Source: an uncultured virus (IMG/VR IMGVR_UViG_3300047094_002559) (taxonomy: Duplodnaviria > Heunggongvirae > Uroviricota > Caudoviricetes). From it: a DNA stretch of 62,297 bases. Positions within the stretch are counted from its first letter, which is position 1. Every line of letters begins with the position of its first letter. This document shows positions 28,279 to 37,554 of the stretch, piece after piece. The stretch is from the IMG/VR virus record IMGVR_UViG_3300047094_002559. One strand, 5' to 3'. Made by a program: the position numbers and the translations under genes. The notes under the pieces are model-generated. The model was given only the letters and a program-made list of their open reading frames with translations. It was not told where the DNA came from and did not search any database.

Positions 28279-29373
28279 TCAGTAGGTCGGGAAGAAGTCC
28301 CTGGTCAGTTGCTCACCGGAGCGCGGCGGGTGAGTTCGCCCGGTGGCGCCACCGCGCAGCAGCTTGGCTCTGTCTCGCGCCAGCCTGGAGTTTAACTCGT
28401 GACGTGCGAGACTTTCCTGGAGCGGCCCGATCCGGCGGTCCATTCCGCGCTGCACAGCGCCTGAATCGGCGAAAGGACCACGCCAATCACCTTCGCTCGC
28501 GGCCGCGGCCCACCGCCTCGGCGCGGCCCACCACGCCGTGCGTTGGTTCTCCAGATCCGCCTTACGCTTGGCGATCTGATCCATCATGCTTCGGCTGTGA
28601 TCCTCCTGCATGTCCAGGCGGTCCACGGTCTTGTTGAATTTTTTATCGTAACCTTCGTGAGACCGCTCAAGTTCCTTCAAGTCGTAGTAGTCGTTTGAGC
28701 CGGCCCGGATCGTTCCTCCGTCGAGCGCCTCGCGCAGTTTTGCCATGCGAGCGACAGAACTGTCGCGATTCTTGTTCATGTCGAAAATGCTAGGCTCGTG
28801 CTCGCCAAGGCGGTTCGCATACATCTTCTCGTATTCGCTCGAGCTGAGACCGCCGGGGGGCAGGAACGAGTCTGCGCCATATCCGCCATATCCGCCCGTC
28901 AGCATGTCGTCCTTGTTCCACCACTTGGTGCCTGCGTATGTGCCGCCAATACCTCCCGCGAGGAGGCCCATACCGCCGATGAACGGATGCTTGGTCAGGA
29001 ACGAAGGTTTGACTTTTGACGGGCCGACCGCCGCCGCAGTCGCCCGACCCACGCCGCTCAGGGCGCCCCAGCCGGCTGTGGCGGCTGCCCGTGGCGCATC
29101 CCAAAGCACCGCTTTACCCAGGCGTCCCAGACCGCCCCAAAATGGACCTGCCGCCTTCTCCATATCCGCGTGCGGAATCAGCATCGCACGCATCTGCCCG
29201 GGGAACGAGGCAACCTTCGCCAGATATCCGACGGCGAATGCAGGCCGGGCATCTAGCTCCTGGTCGAGCGACTCGCGCTGCAACAGCTGCGCGGCGGCCT
29301 CCTTGCTTAGTCCGTTCTCGAAGCAAGTCGTCAAAAATGCAGTAACAAATCGCTGAGTCATGGGCTCTCTCAT
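28279..29373 (-). CDS. Putative internal head protein (KxA motifs, one glycine-zipper helix)
   Basis: SKEAA, AKVAS, EKAAG motifs; 'GGMGLLAGGIGG'. Confidence 0.65.
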   Translation of the reverse strand: MREPMTQRFVTAFLTTCFENGLSKEAAAQLLQRESLDQELDARPAFAVGYLAKVASFPGQMRAMLIPHADMEKAAGPFWGGLGRLGKAVLWDAPRAAATAGWGALSGVGRATAAAVGPSKVKPSFLTKHPFIGGMGLLAGGIGGTYAGTKWWNKDDMLTGGYGGYGADSFLPPGGLSSSEYEKMYANRLGEHEPSIFDMNKNRDSSVARMAKLREALDGGTIRAGSNDYYDLKELERSHEGYDKKFNKTVDRLDMQEDHSRSMMDQIAKRKADLENQRTAWWAAPRRWAAAASEGDWRGPFADSGAVQRGMDRRIGPLQESLARHELNSRLARDRAKLLRGGATGRTHPPRSGEQLTRDFFPTY

Positions 29374-29379
29374 GTGGGA

Positions 29380-29408
29380 AGGCTACTTTGAAAATCGGCG
29401 CGTGGCAA
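29380..29408 (-). promoter_or_regulatory. sigma70-like promoter TTGCCA-N17-TAGCCT, 6 nt before ATG
   Basis: Intergenic, after the capsid terminator. Confidence 0.6.
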
Positions 29409-29430
29409 TGCGAAAGGAACTTCGACGCAC

Positions 29431-29464
29431 AAAAAGAAAGCGCCGGCTGTTTCCAGCCGGCGCT
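29431..29464 (-). terminator. Intrinsic terminator after major capsid gene
   Basis: AGCGCCGGCTG-GAAA-CAGCCGGCGCT followed by TTCTTTTT on the minus strand. Confidence 0.85.
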
Positions 29465-29489
29465 CCTTGTTGAATGGTGGAGGCGATCC

Positions 29490-30458
29490 TTACGCGATGC
29501 CAGTCATCGTGTAGGTCAGCTTCTGCACGCCGAGGGTGTTGCCGATCGTGAGACCGACCTGCTCCTGGGCACGCATGCGGATGATGTCGTACTCCTTCTT
29601 GATGGTGACGGTGATGTCTTCGAGCATCAGCGCGTTGCCAAGGAATTCCTTGGGCGCGAACTGATACATGACGCCGTTTGCGACGAGTCCGTTCTTGATG
29701 GTGCTGACGAACGGGACGCCGAACATCTCGAACTTCTCGAGGGCCTTGAGACCCTTGCGGGCCACGTCCTGCGACAAGTCGCCGCCCATCTCCAAACGCT
29801 CCCAACCGAGAAACTCGTTGGCAGTGCGTTGATTGACGAGGACGACACCGATCGGCAGCTGGCGCTCAATGAGGTAGCTGACGGCGCGCTTCAGGCCCTT
29901 GCGGGAGAAGGTAGCGCTGGTCATCGTGACGTTCTGGTAGGCGCCCGGAGAGGCACTTTCCACCGTCGCGTAGGCCGTGGCACCACCCACGATGCGGTCG
30001 ATCTCCGTAAGGAACGAAGTGTCTTCCGCCGTGTGGATGTCACGCAGCATGTTGTCGTTGACGATCTGCCGAAGGTCCGTCTTGTAGGTCCGGAGCTGGT
30101 TGATGTTCTTCGTCGCTTCCTCGGTCGTGATCACCGACAGGAGCACCACATACTTCTCCGCGCGATACGAGAAGGAGTTCGGGGTGTCGTTGTAGGGGAT
30201 GACGCGAGCAGGCGGCGAGTCCGGTTCGAGTTCGTACCAAACTCCGGGGAGTTCCGAGTCCCCGAAATAATCGAGGTCCTCGTTGGTAATCATGTCGAAT
30301 GACAGAATCGCGCGCTGGAAGCCCTCCTCCCGGATTTGTGTCCGGGTGGCCTTCGAGGTCGCGGTGGATGCTTTCTTCACAACGCCGTCGTCCGATGAGA
30401 GGACGTCGTCGATGAGTTGCTTCTTGATGAGCAGGTCTTTTGCAGCTTGTTCGTTCAT
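29490..30458 (-). CDS. Major capsid protein (HK97-fold predicted)
   Basis: 322 aa in protease-scaffold-decoration-capsid order with a strong terminator. 'DIHTAEDTSFL', 'FGVPFVSTIK', 'RAQEQVGLTIGN..GV'. Confidence 0.8.
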   Translation of the reverse strand: MNEQAAKDLLIKKQLIDDVLSSDDGVVKKASTATSKATRTQIREEGFQRAILSFDMITNEDLDYFGDSELPGVWYELEPDSPPARVIPYNDTPNSFSYRAEKYVVLLSVITTEEATKNINQLRTYKTDLRQIVNDNMLRDIHTAEDTSFLTEIDRIVGGATAYATVESASPGAYQNVTMTSATFSRKGLKRAVSYLIERQLPIGVVLVNQRTANEFLGWERLEMGGDLSQDVARKGLKALEKFEMFGVPFVSTIKNGLVANGVMYQFAPKEFLGNALMLEDITVTIKKEYDIIRMRAQEQVGLTIGNTLGVQKLTYTMTGIA

Positions 30459-30480
30459 GGTCGTTTGTTACCGGTTAGAG

Positions 30481-31050
30481 TTAGGCTGCTTTGATCTGTC
30501 CATGGCGGGCCGTCTTGAACTGGAGCACTTCGGCGTCTGCTGCTGTCGCCGTAGGCAAAGTCTTGCCCACATACGGGAGCGAAGCATCCGAGCCCGTGCC
30601 GATCTTGGTCACGTAGCCGATGATGTAGTCGCCCTCGGTCGCGTGCGTCACGAGGCCGCCGACCTTGATGGCGAGGGGCTCGTTCAACACGTAAGCGCCG
30701 CCGCTCTTGTCGAAATATCCAGTTTGGACTTCGTAATCGTCGGAGCAATCAAGCCCAACGATTCCGCCGGCCGCCTGCACGTCGTGAGAATCCTGGTCGT
30801 GGGTGGCGATAAAGACGGACAGGGCTTCGACGACTGCATCAGCGTCGACTCCCTTACGGAACGCGCCGGCGGTCGAAACCGCGTTGACGAGTCCTGTGTC
30901 CTTCACTATCACCATTCCAGACCGGATCGCTTCACCGTCGATAGGCGGGGCGAGAGACGACAACTTGACAGGTTCCGTGGGTTGATTCCCGCGGATGATC
31001 TGTAGGGGCACTCGATCGCGCGAATAGCGCCGATTAGTTCCGTATAACAT
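30481..31050 (-). CDS. Capsid decoration/cement-like protein
   Basis: 189 aa, beta-rich, immediately upstream of the major capsid gene. Confidence 0.55.
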   Translation of the reverse strand: MLYGTNRRYSRDRVPLQIIRGNQPTEPVKLSSLAPPIDGEAIRSGMVIVKDTGLVNAVSTAGAFRKGVDADAVVEALSVFIATHDQDSHDVQAAGGIVGLDCSDDYEVQTGYFDKSGGAYVLNEPLAIKVGGLVTHATEGDYIIGYVTKIGTGSDASLPYVGKTLPTATAADAEVLQFKTARHGQIKAA

Positions 31051-31089
31051 GTTGTTGTTTCAGGTATGTGGTGTTTTTGATCCGGCACC

Positions 31090-31503
31090 TTAGCCAAGAC
31101 CAGCCTCAGTGCAGCACCGTTCCCAAAGGTCGGTTCTGCTTTCGGATGATCCGGCTTCAGTCCGGGTTGCGGCTGGCTTATCGACCAGGTCCCCGTCCTT
31201 GCCGAACAAGTCGACGTAGAGCGGAAACACGGCCCTGGAGGCCAGCTTCTCCAGAAACTCGAGCAGTTCAGCAGGGCCGGCCTGCTCGAGAGATTTTGCG
31301 AGGTCCTTTCCAGTGTTGTCCTGGAAGGCGCCTGTCTTCATGAGTTCCTTGGCGACTGCAGCGCAGCGAACGGACGCCACTTTCACCAGGGTCACTGGCT
31401 CGGGGCGGCGGTGCGCGAGTTCTGCAGATTTCACGGCTGTTTCAGCGAGGTCGATGGCATCATCGATCACACTGAGCATCTCCGTGAACGCCTTGTTGTT
31501 CAT
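31090..31503 (-). CDS. Hypothetical head protein with KxA motifs
   Basis: VKSAE, VKVAS, EKLAS. Confidence 0.65.
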   Translation of the reverse strand: MNNKAFTEMLSVIDDAIDLAETAVKSAELAHRRPEPVTLVKVASVRCAAVAKELMKTGAFQDNTGKDLAKSLEQAGPAELLEFLEKLASRAVFPLYVDLFGKDGDLVDKPAATRTEAGSSESRTDLWERCCTEAGLG

Positions 31504-31527
31504 GTCGTAAATGAGTTGCGAATGGGT

Positions 31528-32649
31528 TTAGACTGCTGCTTCCTCCGGCATGCCTTCGGGCGCGGCACCTTCGCCGCCGGACGTCGCTTGAACAGCTTCG
31601 AGGATGTCCTCCTCGGTGATCTGACCGCTGGCGAGCATTTCCTGCAGCAGCGCCATGATCTCTTCCTCGCTGAGGGATTCGCCGCCCATCGGCAATGCTT
31701 CGTCGGCTGGCGAGGCGCCATCGGCTGGCGGCTCAGCACCTTCCGGGGCTCCGGCTTCGTCGGCCGCGGCCATGAGCGCCGCATCGTCCATGCCCTGCGC
31801 GTAGGCTGCCTTGAGCAGCGGATGATCGAGTGACGCGAGCGTCTCCTGATGCAGCGCGGCCTGCTTGATGATGGCGTCCGCGTGCGCCTCGGTCACGCCA
31901 GCTTCCAGCAGGCTCTCATGAATTTCGTGCACCTTGCGTCCGAGATCGTCGTAAGCGGCCTGCTTGATCTGTTCACCCTCGCCGAAGACGTGCGAGGCGT
32001 CGATGGCCTCGAGAATCTGCGCGCGGGCTGCGTCCTCGCCTGCCTGCTTCTCTAGGAGGTCATGCGCCATGCGGATGCCCTCGTCAGTGCTCACGAACAC
32101 GCGGGCGATTTTGCACAGCACTTCCGTGCTGAGGTCCAGCGTGGAAGCCCCGGTGCCGGCCTGCTTCTCAGTCTGCCGTGCGGGCTGTCTTGCGGGAGCG
32201 GACGCAGCGAAGCGCTGAGCGAGCGCGGGATTCGACTGCACCAGCGCTGCGCGGATACTCGCGGCGCGTTTGGAAAGGTTTGCGGCTTTCAGCGTCGTGC
32301 CGTCTGCGGGCTGGTCCGCCTTCAACTCCGCTTCACCCGGATCCTTGGGAATGCTGGCCTTGCTCGCGGTGATACCGCCCTGGCCGTCGGCGACGGTCAT
32401 ACGATCGGGTCTGCCGGCCGGAACCTGGGCCCCTTTGCGCGCCGTGCCGTCTGCCGGCTGCAGGCGCTTCAGTTCAGCTTCGCCGACATCCTTGGGAATG
32501 CTGGCCTTGCTCGCGGTGATACCGCCCTGGCCGTCGGCGACGGTCATACGGTCTGGTGCGCCTTCTCCGGCTGCGGATTTCTCGGCTGCGATCTTTTCCG
32601 CATACTGGCGAAGCGCGGCAGCCACTCGGTGTTGATTGGGTTTGGACAT
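31528..32649 (-). CDS. Scaffold-like head protein
   Basis: Acidic and helical with many KxA motifs. Lies between protease and capsid. Start set at MSKPNQ after an AC-rich leader. Confidence 0.6.
   Translation of the reverse strand: MSKPNQHRVAAALRQYAEKIAAEKSAAGEGAPDRMTVADGQGGITASKASIPKDVGEAELKRLQPADGTARKGAQVPAGRPDRMTVADGQGGITASKASIPKDPGEAELKADQPADGTTLKAANLSKRAASIRAALVQSNPALAQRFAASAPARQPARQTEKQAGTGASTLDLSTEVLCKIARVFVSTDEGIRMAHDLLEKQAGEDAARAQILEAIDASHVFGEGEQIKQAAYDDLGRKVHEIHESLLEAGVTEAHADAIIKQAALHQETLASLDHPLLKAAYAQGMDDAALMAAADEAGAPEGAEPPADGASPADEALPMGGESLSEEEIMALLQEMLASGQITEEDILEAVQATSGGEGAAPEGMPEEAAV
32341..32550. repeat. Intragenic direct repeat: 63 bp identical (32341-32403, 32488-32550), 147-bp period
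   Basis: Encodes RMTVADGQGGITASKASIPKD twice. Confidence 0.95.
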
Positions 32650-32706
32650 GTTAGTCGTGGGTTTGTTGGTGTGGAGGCTTTCGCCAGTGGATGTGATCTT
32701 GTGGTG

Positions 32707-32735
32707 AGTATGTATCAAAAATGGGCGGATGGCAA
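32707..32735 (-). promoter_or_regulatory. sigma70-like promoter TTGCCA-N17-CATACT for the scaffold-capsid operon
   Basis: Intergenic; followed by an approximately 50-nt AC-rich leader. Confidence 0.6.
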
Positions 32736-32738
32736 TCT

Positions 32739-34205
32739 TTATGCGCGACGAATCATCAAACTCGCGGCGAGCCCTCGAAACAGTGTGCCGGCGTTGACGT
32801 CCGGCAGGTCTTTGATCTGGTGTGCGGCTTTCACTAAGTAGTGTCCGTAAGCTTCTATCAGACCGCCGTAGTAGTCGTCGATATTTTTTTTGAGGCCCGG
32901 ACGCGCAGCGATGCTGCCGCTCTTGATGATCACCACGCGCATCGCACGATCAGACGCCTGACCTGTGCCCATTCCAAGGTCGCCGCCAACCTCGTCCATG
33001 AGACGATCGATGTTGTCCTTGCCGGGCGAGAAGGAGCAGCCTGTTTCGTCCGGCGCCACAGCGTCAGCGACATCCTCGCCGCACGCGCAGCCGCCGCTGT
33101 GCATCATCCCCGCCAGCAGCGAAGGCAGCTTGATTTCAGCAGCGTCGCACAGTGCCGCGTTCTTCTCGATGTCGGCTATCTTCTGTCCGGTCACGAGCGA
33201 AGCGAACGTGTAAAAATTGATGACCATGGCGCGCTTGGCCAGCTCGCCTCCGGCGTTGCGGAAGTCCACCTCGGCCAGTGTGTCTATCTGGTCGGCTGAA
33301 AGATCTTGCGGCGCCAGCTTGCACAGCACTTCCCGCGTCACCGCGTCAGCACGCTTCACGAATTCATCAGCCGCGGCGAGCTTCTGCAGTGTGAGATTTT
33401 CCCACTCGCTGAACGGCACGACGCGCGCATTGCCGAACTGAAACGCGGCCCATTGTGCGCCGGTAATGATCGCGTCGCCCGACGCAGCCTTCGCCATCTC
33501 GCCCTCCGGAAATGTGTAGCTCAGGAAAGTGGCGATGCGGTCAGCGCGTCGTTTGACTTCGCTGATGTCGAAGAACTTCACGTCGTCCTCGTTGCGGGCG
33601 TAGGCATACTTCTCAAACCCATCCACGAACCGCAGCATGTTGTTCTTCAGATGGCTGCAGTAGTCCGTTGTGCGCTTGCTCTTTTTCTTGCAGCACGAGC
33701 ACTCGTCATGCGGGAGGCGCATGGACATCGACCAAGACAGCTCCTCGCCGGCCTTCGCCTTCTTATACATGTCCGGCGCCTTGTCCTTTTCCACCCAGGC
33801 GATCAACTCGCCGCGGTGCATCTTCGGATTCACCCGGGCCAGTCGGACGGTGCCGATGCCCTGAGTCACGGGGTTGCGATTTTTGTGTTCGCGGAATACG
33901 CATCCAAATTTTTCGAACGTGCCGTGGTGACGGTCCAGCGATCGCCGGCTGGCTGAGTCGCCGTTGCGGTTCGGCCCAAAAGTTTCTTCCTCGCCCATCG
34001 TGATCAGATGCACGCCAAACTGATCATCCGGAGGCATGTGCTCCTGCAGATCCAGGCGCGAGATGACGTCCGATGCCGACTTCGTAAATCCACTGCGGCC
34101 CCGGTCGCGCTCGAAGAATGTGAAAGCCTTGCCGTCAGCCGCCCGCAGCAGCTCCGCGTGGTCGTCCGTGGCGAATGATTTTTCGAGTTCGCGTTCGATG
34201 TGCAT
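32739..34205 (-). CDS. Prohead maturation protease (HK97/herpes-assemblin-like) with Zn-finger insertion
   Basis: 'GPNRNGD', 'FREH', 'SWSMSM..PHDECSCC...CSHL', 'FFDISEV..RADRIA'. Upstream of scaffold and capsid. Confidence 0.75.
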   Translation of the reverse strand: MHIERELEKSFATDDHAELLRAADGKAFTFFERDRGRSGFTKSASDVISRLDLQEHMPPDDQFGVHLITMGEEETFGPNRNGDSASRRSLDRHHGTFEKFGCVFREHKNRNPVTQGIGTVRLARVNPKMHRGELIAWVEKDKAPDMYKKAKAGEELSWSMSMRLPHDECSCCKKKSKRTTDYCSHLKNNMLRFVDGFEKYAYARNEDDVKFFDISEVKRRADRIATFLSYTFPEGEMAKAASGDAIITGAQWAAFQFGNARVVPFSEWENLTLQKLAAADEFVKRADAVTREVLCKLAPQDLSADQIDTLAEVDFRNAGGELAKRAMVINFYTFASLVTGQKIADIEKNAALCDAAEIKLPSLLAGMMHSGGCACGEDVADAVAPDETGCSFSPGKDNIDRLMDEVGGDLGMGTGQASDRAMRVVIIKSGSIAARPGLKKNIDDYYGGLIEAYGHYLVKAAHQIKDLPDVNAGTLFRGLAASLMIRRA

Positions 34206-34207
34206 GG

Positions 34208-35017
34208 TCAGGCTTCGGAAGTCTTGTTGGTGATCAGCGCGCCGATGATCGCCGGAATGCCGGCGGCCGCCAGTCCTATCGCGCCGCGTCCGATCGCGCG
34301 CGGCGTCGACTGGCCCAGGATGCCCAGTCCACGGCGTCGCACGGTCGACAGAGCGCCTTGCGCACTCTGCGCCTTCTCAGACGAGAGTCCGGCGCGCTCC
34401 AGTAGTTTGCCCACGCTGCCCTCCGCGACGTTGGAGGATGGAAGACCGGCCATGCGGCGAAGCTGGTCAGCTTGCGGTTGCTGCGCGGTCGGGAGAGCGC
34501 GGATGGCATCCGCGATTTCGTCCGCGCTCGCGGTGTTCGCCCAAGCAGTGTCCTTGTTCAGCAGCGGAAGCAGACGCTTGCTGTAGTCATCCGTCGAGCC
34601 GGCCCCGATGACAGAGCGACCGCGCGTCGCCGCCAGTGCGCCCAGGCCAGACGAAGCGGCGGTGATCGGCGAGAACGCCACGTTCTTCACTGTGGTGGAC
34701 AGCGGCCCTTCGTCGTTGGGTGCTCCTGACAAAACCTTGGAACTGTCGGACATGTTGCCCACGGTTTTCTCCAGCCCTTTCGCTCCCAGGTAATGCGCGC
34801 CGCCGGCCAGGCCTCCCGCGATCAGCGCGTTGCGCAGGATGCGGCCCAAGTAGCCCACGCGGCTCTCGCCCGAATCAGCGCGCCGCCGGCCCGACAGCGC
34901 ACCGCCCGCGATCGCGCCGACGCCGCCGGACATGAGGTAGGGAACCAGCGATTTGAAGGCGTCCGAGTTCAGGTAGCTCGCAGCCTGATCGCGCAGATTG
35001 GTAGGTTTGTCAGTCAT
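34208..35017 (-). CDS. Glycine-zipper putative virion protein
   Basis: Several GxxxG hydrophobic helices. Confidence 0.65.
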   Translation of the reverse strand: MTDKPTNLRDQAASYLNSDAFKSLVPYLMSGGVGAIAGGALSGRRRADSGESRVGYLGRILRNALIAGGLAGGAHYLGAKGLEKTVGNMSDSSKVLSGAPNDEGPLSTTVKNVAFSPITAASSGLGALAATRGRSVIGAGSTDDYSKRLLPLLNKDTAWANTASADEIADAIRALPTAQQPQADQLRRMAGLPSSNVAEGSVGKLLERAGLSSEKAQSAQGALSTVRRRGLGILGQSTPRAIGRGAIGLAAAGIPAIIGALITNKTSEA

Positions 35018-35024
35018 TGAAATG

Positions 35025-36593
35025 TTACGCTCGCTTGTTGCTGTCGGAACGCACCAGCGACAGCGGACCGGCGCCGCCGACAGTGTAGCGCGATTTCTCG
35101 TTGATGTCGGAAAGTTCGTCCGCCTGTTCGCTGTTGCGGCGGATTTCAGAAAGCAGCTTCTGCGAGTCCAAGGTGAGCCCTTCGTAACTCACTGCCTCGC
35201 GCAGGATCAAGCGCAAAGCAGCCATGTCGCCCGCGAGTTGCGGGTTCCTGGCGGTGACCGAGTTGTAGATCTCCAGCACGACTTTCGGGTCCGCTTCCTT
35301 CAGCACGGGATCTGTGCCGATCAGTCGGCGAATGGCCATTGCGCGCTTGATGTCCTCCACGGACACATCAGCGGAAATCTGCGCCTTGTTCAGCCGCGGC
35401 TTGGACGTGATGCCGGTGATCACTCCTTCGGCTTTGTCCGCGGCAGCCTGCGTTGCTCCGGCTACTGCGGCGACTGGCTTTCCGAGCAGATCCATCAGGC
35501 TGATGGACTCCTGCTTGTTCTCGGGATCGCTGGTGCTGCGCTTGTCTCCAGTCGACTTGTCGCCGCCGCCGCCCACGGGCGGTCCGCTGGCGCGCGGCGG
35601 ACCACCAGATCCAGCGGCGGGCTGTGCTGTTGTCGAGATCGAATCGACATTATCCAGCGACTTCTGCGCGTCGTCCACCTTGGCCTTGTCCGCCTTCTCA
35701 GGTTTAGGGACGTTGAATATATCGCTGACGTCTGCATCATTGTCCACCTGGTGGACCTCGACCGCGGTGCCGTCGCTGGCCTTGGCGGCCATCTTGATCA
35801 GCACTTCCAGCGTGCTGGCGGCCTTCGCCAGTTCTGCAAATTTCTGCCCGAGCGCGTGTCCGATGTCGTAGGCCCGCTGCGGCACGCGGACGTCATAAGC
35901 AAACCGCAGCAGCTTCGTGCGATGCGGCGCTGCGAACTTCTCCATGAACGCGCCGGCCGCTTTGACCGCGGCGGGCGGCTGATACTGCAGCGCCTCTTGT
36001 TCGAACTCGGAAATGTCGCGCTGGAAATGCCAGTCGCCAACACGCGGCGCCGCTGTAAAAATCTCACTGGCGAGTTTGGACATCTCGTCTTCGAGATCAA
36101 CTTCGAGCGTCAGCAGCGCATCCTGCAACTGCTCGCGCGACACCGCCTGCTTGAATGTTTCGTGCACCTTCGCCGGCTGGTCAGTCACCTGCGCGGCTGC
36201 CTTTTCCAGATTCGCCTCACGCCTCATTGCGGCGGCCAAGTCGACGGTGCGCGGATCGTGCGTCGAAAAAGAATGCGGACCGGCCGCTGCCTTCTCGTGA
36301 TTGAGTCCGGTGGCGTAGCCGACCACAAGCGTCGGAACATCCACCAGCGGCACCGTCTGACCGCGCGCGTCGTCCGCAGCGTGATCGATGTAACTGACGG
36401 TGCGGAGAGTGTTGTAAACCTGGGCGAGCTTCTCGAGCTGCGCAGGCGGCAGATCCTCGCGAGCGGCATACTCTGTGAGGACAACCTCGGCCCCGCGCTT
36501 CTCGATGTCGGGCACGAGATTCACCACGGTTCGAACAGCGGAATCATGCGTCATGCTGTAACCATATCCGTTCTCTTGCTGCGTGTCCATCAC
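35025..36593 (-). CDS. Putative head/core protein rich in KxA motifs
   Basis: EKAAA twice, FKQAV, SKLAS, VKAAG, EKFAA, AKAAS, IKMAA. C-terminal 'DPVLKEADP..V..IYN' domain. Confidence 0.7.
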   Translation of the reverse strand: MMDTQQENGYGYSMTHDSAVRTVVNLVPDIEKRGAEVVLTEYAAREDLPPAQLEKLAQVYNTLRTVSYIDHAADDARGQTVPLVDVPTLVVGYATGLNHEKAAAGPHSFSTHDPRTVDLAAAMRREANLEKAAAQVTDQPAKVHETFKQAVSREQLQDALLTLEVDLEDEMSKLASEIFTAAPRVGDWHFQRDISEFEQEALQYQPPAAVKAAGAFMEKFAAPHRTKLLRFAYDVRVPQRAYDIGHALGQKFAELAKAASTLEVLIKMAAKASDGTAVEVHQVDNDADVSDIFNVPKPEKADKAKVDDAQKSLDNVDSISTTAQPAAGSGGPPRASGPPVGGGGDKSTGDKRSTSDPENKQESISLMDLLGKPVAAVAGATQAAADKAEGVITGITSKPRLNKAQISADVSVEDIKRAMAIRRLIGTDPVLKEADPKVVLEIYNSVTARNPQLAGDMAALRLILREAVSYEGLTLDSQKLLSEIRRNSEQADELSDINEKSRYTVGGAGPLSLVRSDSNKRA

Positions 36594-36602
36594 AATGGAG
36601 GG

Positions 36603-37550
36603 CTAGACATCCACGTAACCGCCGCCGCTGTCCGCGACCAGCTGGTCCAATACCATCTCCTTGTTCATCGACAGCGCCTGGCGGAACGCCTCGCTGTAGA
36701 TCGGGACGATGCCTGTGAGTGTCGGCTCCTCCTTGTCCGCGCCGCTTTGGCGGGACGCCGCGAGCAACGTCAGCGCGCGGCTCACGCCGACGTTGCGCTG
36801 ATTCAGCAGACTCGTGTGCGCCAAGATGAGACCGTTACCCATCAGGAACCGGGTCAGCTCGGATTCGCGATCGTTGCTGGCCGCCAGCTTCCGCAGATAC
36901 GTGTGGTCGCCGATCCCGGACAGATAGGCCGTCAGGTCCATGTCGCGGTGGTTGTAAGCCACCCGCTTGATGAGGTCCTCGTGAGTCGAGTTGCGCAGGT
37001 AGTGCTCGTCGAACTCAACCAGGCGCGTGTTGGGATACACCTCCTGGGCGAGATACAGCGCGTCAGACCTGCGATCGATGACGTTGAAAAACAGGACCTC
37101 AAACGCGTCCAGCGTGCCCACCGACACCCCGGTCTTCAGCGAGACCTCCCTGAGATGTGTTTCGGCGTTGCCATCCGGGCGGAACGCCAGCAGCATCGCC
37201 TTGAGGTGCTGGCGCAGGTTTGGGGCACCGTTCACGAACTGTGCGAGATGGTAGGCTTCGACGACGTGTTGGTCGTAGTTTTTCCACGGATCCATGCGCA
37301 GCAGATACGCCTTGTGCACCCAAAGATCGCGCCCTTGCAGCATGAGCGGAAACTCCATGCCCCGGTTCGCGAACTGCAGCGCGATATACCAGCCGTAGTT
37401 GGTCTGGATGTATTTCGCCAGGAACCGATCTCGCGCGGTATCGTGCAGCGGAGAGAAGCGCCGCTGTTGTCCCAGCAGCCCAGCCCGCTCGATCTTCGTC
37501 GTCCACTCCGGACTCATCGACGCAAGCAAATCAATCGTGTAGGCGTTCAC
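36603..37550 (-). CDS. Hypothetical protein (315 aa)
   Basis: Typical codon pattern; tightly packed between neighbours. Confidence 0.7.
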   Translation of the reverse strand: MNAYTIDLLASMSPEWTTKIERAGLLGQQRRFSPLHDTARDRFLAKYIQTNYGWYIALQFANRGMEFPLMLQGRDLWVHKAYLLRMDPWKNYDQHVVEAYHLAQFVNGAPNLRQHLKAMLLAFRPDGNAETHLREVSLKTGVSVGTLDAFEVLFFNVIDRRSDALYLAQEVYPNTRLVEFDEHYLRNSTHEDLIKRVAYNHRDMDLTAYLSGIGDHTYLRKLAASNDRESELTRFLMGNGLILAHTSLLNQRNVGVSRALTLLAASRQSGADKEEPTLTGIVPIYSEAFRQALSMNKEMVLDQLVADSGGGYVDV

Positions 37551-37554
37551 GGTG

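Noticed and set aside
32341..32550. DGR template/variable repeat pair
   Set aside because: Copies are identical with no adenine-specific differences, and no reverse transcriptase is in the window.
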